Shown: positions 35,575 through 48,112, numbered from the whole stretch's first letter. The stretch is 63,282 nt of DNA, filler included, from Reclinomonas americana ATCC 50394 (GCA_048213135.1; 54 parts of 54 records of this genome joined end to end with filler, not necessarily neighbours in it); one strand, 5' to 3'. The notes: generated by a model from the sequence alone, not told the origin. Numbers and translations are program-made.

Positions 35575-36033
35575 TCGTGTTTACTTCGACATCTCTGCGC
35601 AGTGCTAGGCATCTGTGAGGCAGCGATGCAGCACTACGTCGGCCTCTTCGACTAGGAAGCAGCGCAGAACGATCTCGGGCAAGCAAGCGCGATTCCACTC
35701 GAATTCGCCAACTGTGCAGTGCAAGGCATCTGTGAGGCAGCGATGCAGCACAACACCGGCCTCTTCGACTAGGAAGCAGCGCGGAACGACCTCCGGCAAA
35801 CAGGCGCGATTCCGATCGTGTTTACTTCGCCAACTGTGCAGTGCTATAGGCATCAGTGAGGCAGCGATGCAGCACTACATCGGCGATCTCTGCCAAACAG
35901 GCGCGATCACGATTCCGATCGTGTTTACTTCGCCTTCTGTTAGGCATCGGTGAGGTAGCGATGCAGCACCACAGCGGCCTCCTCGACGAGGAAGCAGCGC
36001 AGAACGATCTCGGGCAGGCAAGCGCGATTCCAA
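35575..36033 (-). repeat. Tandem array of four copies (~94-124 bp period) of the WD40 C-terminal box: one coding, three downstream of the stop
   Basis: AATCGCGC.TG...GTGCTGCATCGCT.CCTCAC.GATGCCT ends at ~35940, 35846, 35722 and 35605. Confidence 0.95.
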
Positions 36034-36395
36034 TCGTCTTCCATCTCGTGCAGCACTTCTCGAATGGCGTGCATGGCGAGGCGAGCGACGCGTGCTTCCG
36101 CACGAGCGAGGCCGCGCGGAGTCGACCGCACGCGAATCGTGCCGTGCATGTAACCGCAGGCGACGACGCACCCGTCGTCGTGCGCGGCCACGGACGTCGA
36201 CAGAGACGAGTGCTCGTCAAGATCGGCAAGCGGTTCGCCGCTCTCCCGCGACCATGCGCGCACTGCGTTGCTTCCGCCGGCGCCGAGGATGTGCTGCCCG
36301 TCGTGCGTGACGGTGAGCAGCCGTACGCCACCAGCTTGCCACTCCTTGCGCCATACTTCTGCGCCACTCGCCAGTGAGAAGAGTCGCAGCGCCAT
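35940..36395 (-). CDS. Intronless divergent WD40 protein, 3' part, with conserved C-terminal box
   Basis: ...GTIRVRSTPRGLARAEARVARLAMHAIRE...CLPEIVLRCFLVEEAAVVLHRYLTDA*. Confidence 0.85.
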   Translation of the reverse strand: MALRLFSLASGAEVWRKEWQAGGVRLLTVTHDGQHILGAGGSNAVRAWSRESGEPLADLDEHSSLSTSVAAHDDGCVVACGYMHGTIRVRSTPRGLARAEARVARLAMHAIREVLHEMEDDWNRACLPEIVLRCFLVEEAAVVLHRYLTDA

Positions 36396-36497
36396 NNNNN
36401 NNNNNNNNNNNNNNNNNNNNNNNNNNNNNNNNNNNNNNNTTAATTAATTAANNNNNNNNNNNNNNNNNNNNNNNNNNNNNNNNNNNNNNNNNNNNGC

Positions 36498-36713
36498 GCG
36501 AGCGGAGACAAGACGATCCGAGTGTGGTCCACGCCGCGCGGGCTGGCGCGGCACGAGGTTGCGGCCGCACGACTGGCCGTGCTGGCCGTCAATGAGCTGC
36601 CTGTCGTAGAAGATGCCGACTGGATCCTCGTCGAAGTCGTGCTGCGATGTTTTGTGCTGGAGGATGCAGAGGTGATTGAACGCCGTGCGCCTGGATGGTG
36701 CTGGACGGAGTGA
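36498..36713 (+). CDS. 3' end of another WD40 family member with the C-terminal box
   Basis: DKTIRVWSTPRGLARHEVAAARLAVLAVNE...WILVEVVLRCFVLEDAEVIERR. Confidence 0.85.
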   Translation, partial: ASGDKTIRVWSTPRGLARHEVAAARLAVLAVNELPVVEDADWILVEVVLRCFVLEDAEVIERRAPGWCWTE

Positions 36714-37478
36714 GCTCAATGAATGTACGAAGACCGATTACTGTCACTGTGTGTAACTCTGTCATGTTGGCCGCCACACCGCTTTACACGCGCACTTGCC
36801 AGATGTAGGCAGCTGGAAAGCAGACAGAGAGGGATTGCAACAAGAGTATTCCGAGAACGAGGAGTGTGTGGGTGGGTGGTTGAGATGAGGTCTTGGGATG
36901 AGCAGACAAGCGTTGCTCGGCGATGAGTGAGTCCTCGCTCTCCCACCGACACGCACGCCTTGTGCCTGTGCCTTCATGTCGCCCTGCGGCGGGAATGCCA
37001 GCCTGTCGCTGTTTGAAGCAGCGGCCAGCGGCCTCGAGCTCCCCTTCTCACATTGGTACCGTGTGACCATGGTGAGGGCGTCAGGCATCGATTCAGATGG
37101 CCACTCTTCTCGCCTCGCACGACATGGGGAGGGGAGTGCACACTCGTTTCCTGCACGTGCATGTGTGCCCTGAACAGCTGGTGTGGCGCACCCCACTCAC
37201 GAGTTGCATTGAATCGTGTCTCTTCGTCACTCGTGTGCTATTGCCTCTCCACCCGACTCACGTGCATGGCTCGGGGGAGTTGATGCTCATGGCGTCGCGT
37301 TGAACAGGCGCGGCATGCATGCAGACACTTTCAATGCCGCTCACATCGCTGAATGGAGCACCCCAACGAGGATGCGAAGAGACAGGAAACAGACAGCACC
37401 ACGAGGCACACGCACGCACGCGAGAGAGAAAGGGGATGTTGATGTTCCGTCGGATGAATCTGAGTGCTTCACGCGCAC

Positions 37479-37481
<3 letters not shown>

Positions 37482-37568
<87 letters not shown>
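37482..37568. repeat. (AC)n microsatellite
   Basis: Direct inspection. Confidence 0.98.
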
Positions 37569-38466
37569 NNNNNNNNNNNNNNNNNNNNNNNNNNNNNNNN
37601 NNNNNNNNNNNNTTAATTAATTAANNNNNNNNNNNNNNNNNNNNNNNNNNNNNNNNNNNNNNNNNNNNACCCCATTGTCGATATCTTTTCATGGTTGTTT
37701 GAGAAGAGGTGGTGAAATGATGATTGTAGAAAGGAGAAGAAGAAGAAGAGAAAGCATCATGCAGAAGATAGAACATCTCCACACATCTTCTCTTCCCTTT
37801 ATACTCTCCCTCATGATCTCATTCATTCTCTCCGCTTTCCCATCACAATCATGCCAAGAAATCGCAATCATCTCTCACCGATTGCAGGCATCCTTCATCC
37901 TCTCCAATCGTCTCGGCTTGAGAATACGATCGAATGCTCACTCGCAGACGATTCCCTCGCTTCGACGCTGTTGTTCATTTCTTTCGTTGCTTTCTCTTTT
38001 CGTCTCACACATAATATTTCCAGGTGCACCTACGCGGTTTCTCTGTTTCTGGCGTGCGTGACTTTCTTGGTTAATATTATGGAAAAGGAGATGTACTGGG
38101 AGTGGGCTGTGTGCAGTGTGTGTGGGAGGAGGGTGCGTGCAGTGATTCGTGATGGTGTGACTGAGCGTGCTATTTTTAGCTGCATAAGTCATCTCCTTGA
38201 TTGACAGAGCATGTGCATTCTGTGATTGAGCAGAGTCAGTCAAAGTCTGTTTATGGAGAAATGTGATTTGTGGAGTGGAATCGATTTCACTCACTCTTTC
38301 CCTCCCACCCCTCACGCATTCCACTCGTGTACATTCCTGTATCTCTTGTTCCATAAGGCTGGTTCGTCCGTCACTTTCCATGCATCTTGCAGAGAATGTG
38401 CGATTGTGTATTCCATGATGGGAGAGGGCGAGTCGATCTCACAGGTGGGTGTAAATGAGATCATCT

Positions 38467-38715
38467 CTCTCCATAGGATATCATCCTTGTATAGTCACCT
38501 TTTCCTCCCCCACACATCTCTTCTCCCTTTTCTTCTCTTTTCTCCATAGGATGTCATCCTTGTATAGTCACCTTTTCCTCCCCCTCTTCTTCTCCTCCTT
38601 CTTCTGCCCTTTCTTCTGTGATTGTATAATCAATCACTTTTTTCCTCCCCCTCTTCTTCTCCTCCTTCTTCTGCCCTTTCTTCTGTGATTGTATAATCAA
38701 TCACTTTTTTCCTCC
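38467..38715. repeat. Two overlapping short tandem duplications (~72 and ~67 bp period)
   Basis: TCTCCATAGGAT.TCATCCTTGTATAGTCACC x2; GTGATTGTATAATCAATCAC x2. Confidence 0.85.
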
Positions 38716-38841
38716 GCATATCTCTTCTCGCACCTCTTCTCNNNNNNNNNNNNNNNNNNNNNNNNNNNNNNNNNNNNNNNNNNNNTTAATTAATTAANNN
38801 NNNNNNNNNNNNNNNNNNNNNNNNNNNNNNNNNNNNNNNNN

Positions 38842-39036
38842 CGCAAAGCGGCTGCCCGTCACCGTCACCACCACTCCCGATGTGTTGGCCGCCGATGTAG
38901 TCGGTGTGAACGACGTCACACTCAGCTCGCATGTCGCCGACACATTCGTGACGGCAAGCGAGAGGAGCACAATCAGCAACAGCGGCAAGAGAACGACTCC
39001 CGCAGAAGTCATCACAAAGCCGCGGCTGCTGCGCAT
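38842..39036 (-). CDS. N-terminus (signal peptide plus start of IPT-like module) of a secreted protein
   Basis: Hydrophobic VVLLPLLLIVLLSLA, then TSFTPTTSAANTSGVVVTVTGS, like the modules at 130-1024. Confidence 0.7.
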
Positions 39037-39511
39037 TCCTTTTTTTGTTGTTGTTTTCGTTTGTTTCGAATAAAAGATCGCTGTGCTCGTTGCAGCGCAT
39101 GTGTTATTACATGTGTGTGTGCGTGTGTGTGTGCACAGCGCGGCGGTCGTGATGTCGGTCATTTTCCCTCTCTCTCACCCGCTCACATTCATTTCACTCG
39201 CGGAATGAACTACCACGAGAACGCCAGTGCGCGCACAAGAGAGAATGAAAGGGAGAGCGCACGTGGAGAGAGAGAGAAGAAAGGGGAGCAAGGAAATATG
39301 TGTGCAAATGCGGCGGGCGAAATTGGGGGCATACACATCAAGAGGCGCACACGCACATACACATACGCGCCACACACAACGCACCTTTTCACAAGATTGA
39401 GCCCCTGCTGCGCTTCCTGTGATGACGCGACCTGTATTCTGTCCGGGATCGCGCCGATGGACGGAGTGGGCAGTGGAAAGTCGACTTGTCGGTTGCGCGC
39501 GCAGCAAGGCG

Positions 39512-39835
39512 ATGGCGTCTTCCAGTGGCGACTCGTTTCGTGTGGCGTTTTCCTACGTGTTTAGCGCGGTTTTCGTGTTGGTCTCATGTTGTTGTTGTTG
39601 CTGTTGTGCAGCGGCGAGCAAACGGGGAACTTGTGGCTGGAGGCTCATCGTGATCCTCTGGCGGGTGTCAAGGCCTACTCGCCGCACTTGTGTCTTGCTG
39701 ATCTCAATGGCGGTTTGTGTGTGTCTGTGTGAAGGCGATCGTTTGACGATTTGTGTGAAATTCGCGCCATTTGCACAGATGGTGACTCCAAGCTGGTCGT
39801 TGCTGATCTGCAGAAGAAACTGCGTGTGTACAAGG
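39512..39835 (+). CDS. BBS1: BBSome subunit BBS1, first three exons (absent from the ORF track)
   Basis: Spliced NLWLEAHRDPLAGVKAYSPHLCLADLNG|DGDSKLVVADLQKKLRVYKG parallels BBS1 [34 protein letters not shown]. Confidence 0.9.
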
Positions 39836-40014
39836 GTGTGTGACATTGAGAGAGGGAGAACAGTGAGAAGGGATGGAGAGATTGCAAGGGCGTGCACTGA
39901 CGGTGTGTGTGTGTNNNNNNNNNNNNNNNNNNNNNNNNNNNNNNNNNNNNNNNNNNNNTTAATTAATTAANNNNNNNNNNNNNNNNNNNNNNNNNNNNNN
40001 NNNNNNNNNNNNNN

Positions 40015-41086
40015 TAGCCAGTGCTTGCAGCTCGGGGCTCGCAGAAGTTCGCACGACAGCTTGGTAGCTGTAGTTGCCAACGGTGGAGACCGCAGACGCT
40101 GGCACCACCAAACTCACACCGTTGGTGACACCGGGACGGCAGTTAGTCTGACGACCGAGTTCCACCGTAATTGGCGGAACGTAGGTCTTGTCGGTCACAC
40201 TGCTGTCAGCCGTCAGCGTCGTACTGTCGCTCGGAATGATTGGTCGAAGCAAAATGTCCACCAGCTGGAGTCTCGGGTTTGTGCACGTCCAGGATACACC
40301 GCGTGTCTCGCCCACATACCAATCCGTCAACACCGACGGCGAAGTCACTGTCAGCGTCGTTACTGTACACGAGATGGGAAACGACGACGGTGAGTCGAAG
40401 AGGAGGAGAAAGAAACTACGACGGAGAACAAACGCCAACGTGCCTTTGAAGATGAACTGGTCGCTCGAAGTGTACCGAACGAAAGAATTGCTCGCGTCCT
40501 CAACTGTGATCTTGACCTGCGAGTCTGCGGGCACCAAGCCCGCCGACGGAGTCCACTTGTACGTGTGCGTGACGGAGAAAGCCGAATCGCAAGTGCACGT
40601 TTGGTAGGCGGCAATCAGGCGGCGACCAGTGTCACCGTTGGTGGCCACATAATCCTGCAAGCAACGGCGTGTTAGCGCACTTGTTTGCAGATGAACGGCA
40701 ACACATGCACACACACACACGCATACACACCAAGTAGACTTGAGCCTGTTTCGTCCGAGGCCCGTTGCAAGTCCAGCGTACAGTGAACGGATACTGCTCA
40801 AAGATCAGAGCCGGCGTGCCAAGGTCGGTGACCGCATCCGAGACGGATGCCACAATCCGAGCGACTGCAAACATACAAACGCACACACGCATGCACGCGT
40901 GTCAACACAGACTCTGCACAAAGAAACGTGCGTCCATTGTTGCGCAACGCACCTTGCGCACTGACTGGCAACGGATACACCAAATAGATCGCTGGCTGGC
41001 TGGCATCGCGCACAATGACGCGGTATCGCTGTCCACTGGGGTCGTCGCCACCCTGCAGAGTGACCACCGCCGTCGGAACTGCGCAT
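40015..41086 (-). CDS. Multi-exon secreted protein with Ig-like modules (VTSP...W..G....V.W type)
   Basis: LTVTSPSVLTDWYVGETRGVSWTC; PFTVRWTC; YKWTP. Confidence 0.55.
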
Positions 41087-41186
41087 NNNNNNNNNNNNNN
41101 NNNNNNNNNNNNNNNNNNNNNNNNNNNNNNTTAATTAATTAANNNNNNNNNNNNNNNNNNNNNNNNNNNNNNNNNNNNNNNNNNNN

Positions 41187-41855
41187 AAGGGAGGAGAAGA
41201 GAGGAGAAGGGAGGGGAAGGCAGGAGAAGGGAGGAGAAGGCAGGAGAAGGGAGGAGAAGAGAGGAGAAGGGAGGGGAAGGCAGGAGGAGGCAGGAGAAAG
41301 CAGGAGAAAGCAGGAGAAGGCAGGAGAAGGCAGGAGAAGGGAGAAGAAGAGAGGAGAAGAGAGGAGAAGAGAGGAGAAGAGAGGAGAAGGGAGGAGGAGG
41401 GAGGAGAAGGGAGGAGGAGGGAGGAGAAGGCAGGAGAAGGCAGGAGAAGGGAGGAGGAGGCAGGAGAAGGCAGGAGGAGGCAGGAGAAGGGAGGGGAAGG
41501 CAGGAGAAGGCAGGAGAAGGCAGGAGGTGGGAGGAGGAGGCAGGAGGAGGCAGGAGGAGGCAGGAGAAGGGAGGAGAAGAGAGGAGAAGGGAGGGAAGGC
41601 AGGAGAAGGGAGGAGAAGGCAGGAGGAGGCAGGAGAAAGCAGGAGGACGCAGGAGAAAGCAGGAGAAAGCAGGAGAAAGCAGGAGAAGGAAGGAGAAGGC
41701 AGGAGAAGGGAGGAGAAGGCAGGAGAAGGCAGGAGAAGGGAGGAGAAGGCAGGAGAAGGCAGGAGAAGGGAGGAGAAGGAGAAGGGAGGAGGAGGGAGGA
41801 GAAGGGAGCTCGAGGAGAAGGGAGAGAAGGGAGGAGAAGGGAGGAGAAAGCAGGC
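41187..41855. repeat. 10-bp purine minisatellite (AGGAGAAGGC/AGGAGAAGGG variants)
   Basis: More than 60 variant copies. Confidence 0.95.
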
Positions 41856-42426
41856 GACCAAGGCATCATGATGCCGGCGCGTGTTCAACATACACACGAC
41901 ACACGCACGCACGCACTGACCGCCGCTCATGCAGTTCTGTTCGAGTTGTCTTCTCTCACACACACTGAGGAAAGAAATTCCCGCCAACGCTCCCAACCAA
42001 TGCGAATTTTATAGTCGTAACGGTCCCTTCAGTCGCCTTGTACTGCTCCTCTGACAGCACCTCCCGCAAACCAGCCATGCTCACGCGGAGCAGATCCCTC
42101 TGCGCAACCATCGTCGCTGTGTCCATTGCTGATTGGCAACGTTGTCGGCAGAGTTGACCCATCTCCGAGCATGTCGCAATTGCAACGTTCCGATGGAGGT
42201 GGGTTGTGTGGTCGATGGACCCTGCGGCGTGTGGTGGTGTACGAGCGGGGCAAACAACNNNNNNNNNNNNNNNNNNNNNNNNNNNNNNNNNNNNNNNNNN
42301 NNTTAATTAATTAANNNNNNNNNNNNNNNNNNNNNNNNNNNNNNNNNNNNNNNNNNNNTTTTTGGCGCCTTGTTTTTATGTCTGTAGGATGTTCAAAACG
42401 AGTGTGATCCACACTCTTCATCATAG

Positions 42427-43357
42427 TTCTACTTTACGTCGGCGCTCATGGCTGGCGGACTGCTGTTGTCGATTGTTGGCTTGGAACTGGTGGACCGGAC
42501 AGCGTTTAATCCATTCGGTGACCAGCTCTTCTTCGCCGTGGTGATGTTGGTGGTACTGTTCTTCTACGTGGCCAAGAAGATTGTCGTCCTGTTCTTCAGC
42601 AAGGTTGTTCGATTGTGGGTGGTGGAGACGTCGACCATGTCGATTGATGAAGGCGAGGAGTCCGATGTATCCGGTGAGCTGCCGACAGGGCAAGTGGTGA
42701 TGAGAACGCGGTACTGACCTGCCTCTTTGCCTCTCACTCTCAGACGATGATGCTCCCGCCGCCGGCACGTTTGTGTATGCAGACGGGAAAGCCACGGAGC
42801 AACTGATGGGCTCGGTCACCGCGCGCGTTGGTGGCGATCCCCTTTCTCCTGCGTTCTCCAAGGTGGTGTTTCTCCTCCGTCTCTGTGCTTGTGATGAACA
42901 AGCTTGGTGTACTCAAATGCCGCCGTGTCGCAGTTGTCGCAGGACGAAGCTTTGCGCGGTCTGATGACGGCGCGATCGTCGGTGCTGGACCTGCCAGAGT
43001 CCACCGGTCTCACTCCAAGAGCGGCACTGGACACTGTGCGATACGACTTTGTCACACGCAACAGGTAATCGACTTCTTTTGCTTATGCCGTGCAGTGTTC
43101 GTGTCGCTGAAGTGTCGCCGCAGAGAGTGGGTCGGCGAGCAGTTGGCTCGGTTCGCTGTGGCAGACGGGCTCGTAGACTCGACAATGGCAGGTCTTGGTG
43201 CCACCGCGTTTGGCGGGAAACGTTCACCGCGAGACCTTGCGCTGCTGGAGGACGCCGCCAACGCACTTGTGTTCCCAGCGCCGATCCATCTTCCATCTGC
43301 CGTGGTCCGCATGCCAAGCGACAATATCGACGCCATGCGCAATAGACTGCACGCGTT
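42427..43357 (+). CDS. Multi-exon membrane protein fragment (weak resemblance from memory to OFCC1-like proteins)
   Basis: Two hydrophobic helices flanking FNPFGD; later RYDFVTRN|REW. Confidence 0.45.
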
Positions 43358-44475
43358 GGTTCGGCTTCTTGGCCTTTTGCTTTGTGTTCTTTTCTGTATT
43401 TCGTGCTGTGCTGACTCGCATTGTAGGAGNNNNNNNNNNNNNNNNNNNNNNNNNNNNNNNNNNNNNNNNNNNNTTAATTAATTAANNNNNNNNNNNNNNN
43501 NNNNNNNNNNNNNNNNNNNNNNNNNNNNNGAGAGAGAGAGAGAGAGAGAGAATGCGTCGATGGGGAAGACATGGAGTGTTTCGAGCGGGGGAGGAGAGAG
43601 AGAGACATAAACACACACAGAAAAAGAGACAGAGACGGAGGATGAAAGAAAGAGGAACAAACATGAGAATGCGCGCATCTGCATAAGCGACACGAGACAG
43701 CCGTATTCGCAAGTATCCAGTGTTCCGATCCTGCTCCTTCGCAGACACGCAACTGGAGACCGAGTGACCGCGAACTGGTTGAATGCCGTGTGGCATGTCC
43801 ACGTCGACCTTGAATCGCTGCGGGTACGGGAGAAGCGTGACAATGAGAGTCGAGTTACAGAAGGCACCGTCATCCATGGAGACTCACCACATCGACTTTT
43901 CTGGCTCCATAACCCGCCAGCGTCGCCAAGGATGACCGCGGAACCTCCTGGCCGTCCACGACAACGGTGGCGAACTGCTCGGCAGTCGGTGGCAGGCCGG
44001 ATTCGTTGCAGATGCGATCGGCAACGTCGTTGACGGTGCAGGAGGCTGCAATGCGCGCAGCGCACAATGAAAACGACGACGGGTGCACAGACAACGAAAG
44101 GTTGGGCACGAAACGGTTCAATGTCAGCGTCTTCCGGTGATTGCCGACACTCACTTCCCAGAGTGCGGGCGCGACGGGCTGTGGAGATGGCTGTGGGAGG
44201 GAGATGAGCGGAAAGCGATCATGTGGTAAGATGAGCCACTCACCGGCAACACATTCCGGGATGATGCACTCGGAGACGGCGCCACTGCGTCACCTGCGTA
44301 ATCCGAGTCATCACGAACGAGGCGGGTGGCACTGGCGTTGCCGGAGGGTGGCTGGTGAGGGCAAAGGGAGGAAGGTGAGGGCAGAGAGGCGAAGAGGGGG
44401 GAAGAGAGGGGAAGAGAGGGGACGGAGTGGGAAAGAGATGGGGATGGAGGGAGGAACGAGAACAGAGAGTCGGGA

Positions 44476-44600
<125 letters not shown>

Positions 44601-44700
44601 NNNNNNNNNNNNNNNNNNNNNNNNNNNNNNNNNNNNNNNNNNNNTTAATTAATTAANNNNNNNNNNNNNNNNNNNNNNNNNNNNNNNNNNNNNNNNNNNN

Positions 44701-45771
44701 AAGTCGGTACGTCCTTGCTGCTTGTGATTTGTTGTGTGGATGTGCGTGAGAGACTGAGTGTCGTGTTGCAGCCACATTCAGCAGCATATCGCCGAGCGAT
44801 GCGTCAGCTGGCGACAGTGTGTCGCTGACGGTGTCTGGGGCGTCGTTTGTGAATGTGACTGCGCTGGTGGATGCGTTTGTGGTGGCGGTCAACTGCACGC
44901 AGTCGAGCCCGCTGTCGCCCAGTCGGTCGACGAGTGCGGTGGTCAAGTCGTACCGAGCAAGCGACCAGTTTGTGGTTCAGTCGGTTCCATTTGCGAATCT
45001 GGGTCTTGCGGGACATCAGCGAGTGCGTACTGAGATGAGCATGTTGCCGTGGCATGCACACTTCGTTGTTCATGGGTAATTGGTGTTGGGGTGGGTGCAG
45101 ATTTGTGTGCGGTGGAGCAACGAGTCGCAGTATTGGGATGCGGGAAGTGTGTCGTACAGTTTCGTTGTCGTTCGTGATGGCGTCAAACACTGAGTATGTG
45201 CGTTGTGGTTGCTGACGTGTGTGTGTATCAATCATGACAGACTGGTTCACAAGTGATCCTGTTGCGGTGCCGCAACGCAACGGCAACGTGGTGACGCTTG
45301 TGGGCACTGCATACGCGTCGCTTGTGAGCGACGCACAGTCTGTGGTTCTGGCAGTGGATTGTCAGAGTCCGAATGCGTTGACGCCGCTGGTGCCGGCGTC
45401 GCCGAGTACGCGAAATCTGGCGTACGTGTCAAGCTCGCAGATGTCGATGACAGTGGATGCGAGCAGTGGCGCAGCTGGGACGTACAAGGTGTGCGTGCGG
45501 TGGTCGGCGACGGGACCGTATGGAGCTGTCGGGTCGTTGAACGTCGGTGAGTAGTGGGTGTTGCGAGCGCTTGTGTTGTGCAGAGTTGTGCGTTTGCTGA
45601 CGCACAATCGTTTGCAGCGTTGGCAAACGCGGTCATTCCAGAATCGATCGTGAACAGAAAAGATCAGTCTGTTGTGGTTGTCGGAGCCGGCCTCCCTGAT
45701 CTGTCGAACGATGTGGCTGCGTTTATTGTTGCGGCGAACTGCACACGTCCGTCAGCATCATCGCCAACTCC
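44701..45771 (+). CDS. Near-identical allele/paralog (copy B) of 22394-23470
   Basis: Collinear over the whole contig with the same end points. Confidence 0.7.
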
Positions 45772-45947
45772 NNNNNNNNNNNNNNNNNNNNNNNNNNNNN
45801 NNNNNNNNNNNNNNNTTAATTAATTAANNNNNNNNNNNNNNNNNNNNNNNNNNNNNNNNNNNNNNNNNNNNAGAGGGAAAAAGATGAGTTGAGATGCATA
45901 ATGAATGGCAGGATGACCTGACATCGGGGGGAGTAGAGCTCCCGCAC

Positions 45948-46127
45948 CTTCACACGCTCAATGGGGGCGGCCGCGGTCTTGGAGATACCGGCAGCCACAC
46001 CACCGAGGATGAAGTCCTCGGCGAAGGACAGCTTGGGCTTGCCCTTCTTGGCGCCACCCTCACCACCGGAGAGGGCCGCAAAGGTGACCTGGTTGGGGTC
46101 CACAGACGGACGCTGGGCGAACAACAT
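45948..46127 (-). CDS. AAC: Mitochondrial ADP/ATP carrier, first exon
   Basis: [28 protein letters not shown], then a GTGCGG donor. Confidence 0.95.
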
Positions 46128-47226
46128 GACGGGATAACGAAGAGAAAAAGAGTCCTCCTGCACGCACACGCCACGCTGTCGTCAGTTCGCATGCAAAGAC
46201 GATCGATTGGGAAAGCATTGGCATCGTCAACAACAGCAGCGGAGAAGTGCACCAGAGCAGAACAGAGAGAGGAGAGAGGGAGCGCGAGAGAGGGGTGTGC
46301 ACGGAGGAGAGGGAGAGAGAGAGAGGCAAGTGCAGTTTGGGGCGAGTGCGTGTGAGTGCAGAAGCGGAGGAAATGTGCATGTCGCGCAAACCGAAGGGAA
46401 AATAATCGCCTTCAGCAGACAGACAGACAGGCACACAAGACACCACTCGCCTCCACACGCACACACACACACGCACGTCAACACACAAGCACAAGCCACA
46501 AGAAACCGCGCACGATCAAACACGCAAAAAAGTAAAAGAGGCGGCGACATGTGCATGCGCGGCGACGCAAGCAACTTTTTTCGAAACGCACACAACAAGA
46601 GAGACACACACGCGCACACGCTATTGGGGAAAGCAAGAGAGGGCGAGAAAGAGAGTGCGCGTGCGTGCACATGAGAGTGATACACAGTGCGGTGACCAAA
46701 AAGTTAACAAACGAGGAAAACGTGCATGCCTCACACGCGCACACTATCAAGCAAGCAAGAGAAAAGCACGTGGTCGGAGGAAGGCGACAAACCTCTGCTG
46801 GCAATACGGCCAAAAAGATAACTAAGGGTTACTCGTATGTAATTCCATTCCACCTCAGAGTAACCCTGACAATCACCGTTTCATTCATTCACAAAAAAAA
46901 AATGTTTGTGCCATCGTGCGTCCCCGCGCTCTGCAACGAGGCNNNNNNNNNNNNNNNNNNNNNNNNNNNNNNNNNNNNNNNNNNNNTTAATTAATTAANN
47001 NNNNNNNNNNNNNNNNNNNNNNNNNNNNNNNNNNNNNNNNNNTAGTGTGGGAGAGAGAGAGAGAGAGAGAGAGGGAGAAGGCGAGGAACAGAGAAAAGAA
47101 CGGAGAATAAGGAGCACGGAGACAAGTGTGACAAGAGCTGCGGGCGAGAGAGATAGCATCTGTGACAACACTTGCAACTGTCGCTGGAGAAAAAAACGAG
47201 ATCGAAGCGTGCGACATGACACTACC

Positions 47227-47645
47227 TTTGACGTAGAGATCGTTGTAAACGGTGGTACAGAAGCCATTTGGGTTGGCAGGGCTCGGATTGCTCCAGGTGT
47301 AGCCCATGCCAGAGGTGGGTGGAGTGAACGTCGTCGGATACCACGACTTGTCGTCGGGAATGTTCTGCGTGCACTCGTGCAAGTGAGGATGTGGGGTTTC
47401 ATCGCCCAGTGTCGTGCGCTCGACGCAACAAAGGCCAACACGTCCGAGTATGTGCTGGCGAGAACGCTTTGCACCTGCAGTAATGCTCCACGTCAGCACA
47501 CAGATGAACACGCGGCGCGGCGGACGACGCAACGTAGATGTTCTTGTCGACGAGCACAAAGATGCCCTTGGAGACGACAAAGTCGCCGAGAATGTACAGG
47601 AACTCGGGCATGGTGGGATCGTCGGCGAAGGGCGGGCCAGGCGCC
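47227..47645 (-). CDS. Three-exon beta-rich hypothetical protein fragment
   Basis: FLYILGDFVV...KNIY|VQSVLASTYSDVLAF|NIPDDKSWYP; two in-frame GTTGCG-AG introns. Confidence 0.55.
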
Positions 47646-48034
47646 CTTTACGAGGCAAGTGCGGGGAGTGAGTGAGAGGCGAAGGGGAGAGAGGAGAGCG
47701 AGGAGAGGGTGGGAGTGGGGAAGGGAGTGAGTGAGAGGCGTGTAATGAGAGGCGAATGATGAGAGGCACATTCTGTGGGCAAGGAGAGGAAGGGAGAGGA
47801 AGGGAGAGGAAGGGAGAGAGGAATAGCGAGAGAGGAAGAGAAGAAAGAGAATGAAATACCGGAAGCGAGAAGAAAGGACGGGGGAGAACGAGAGACAGGA
47901 AGAGTGAGAACGAGATGGTGAACGGGAGGCAGAGAGAACGAGAGTACAAGAGCGAAGAAAGAGAGAGAGAATAGAAGAGGGAAAAAAGAGAAAAGCGACA
48001 ATCAGGAGGTACCTCGGACACAGCATCGATCATC

Positions 48035-48112
<78 letters not shown>

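Noticed and set aside
35575..36033. Diversity-generating retroelement VR/TR pair
   Set aside because: Only 5 of 9 mismatches have A in the putative template, most mismatches are silent, and no reverse transcriptase is visible.
41135..41996. Long ORFs through microsatellites (LLPSP, RERE, THSL, CVCV peptides)
   Set aside because: Stop-free only because of repeat composition; a 10-, 4- or 2-bp period does not preserve a reading frame.
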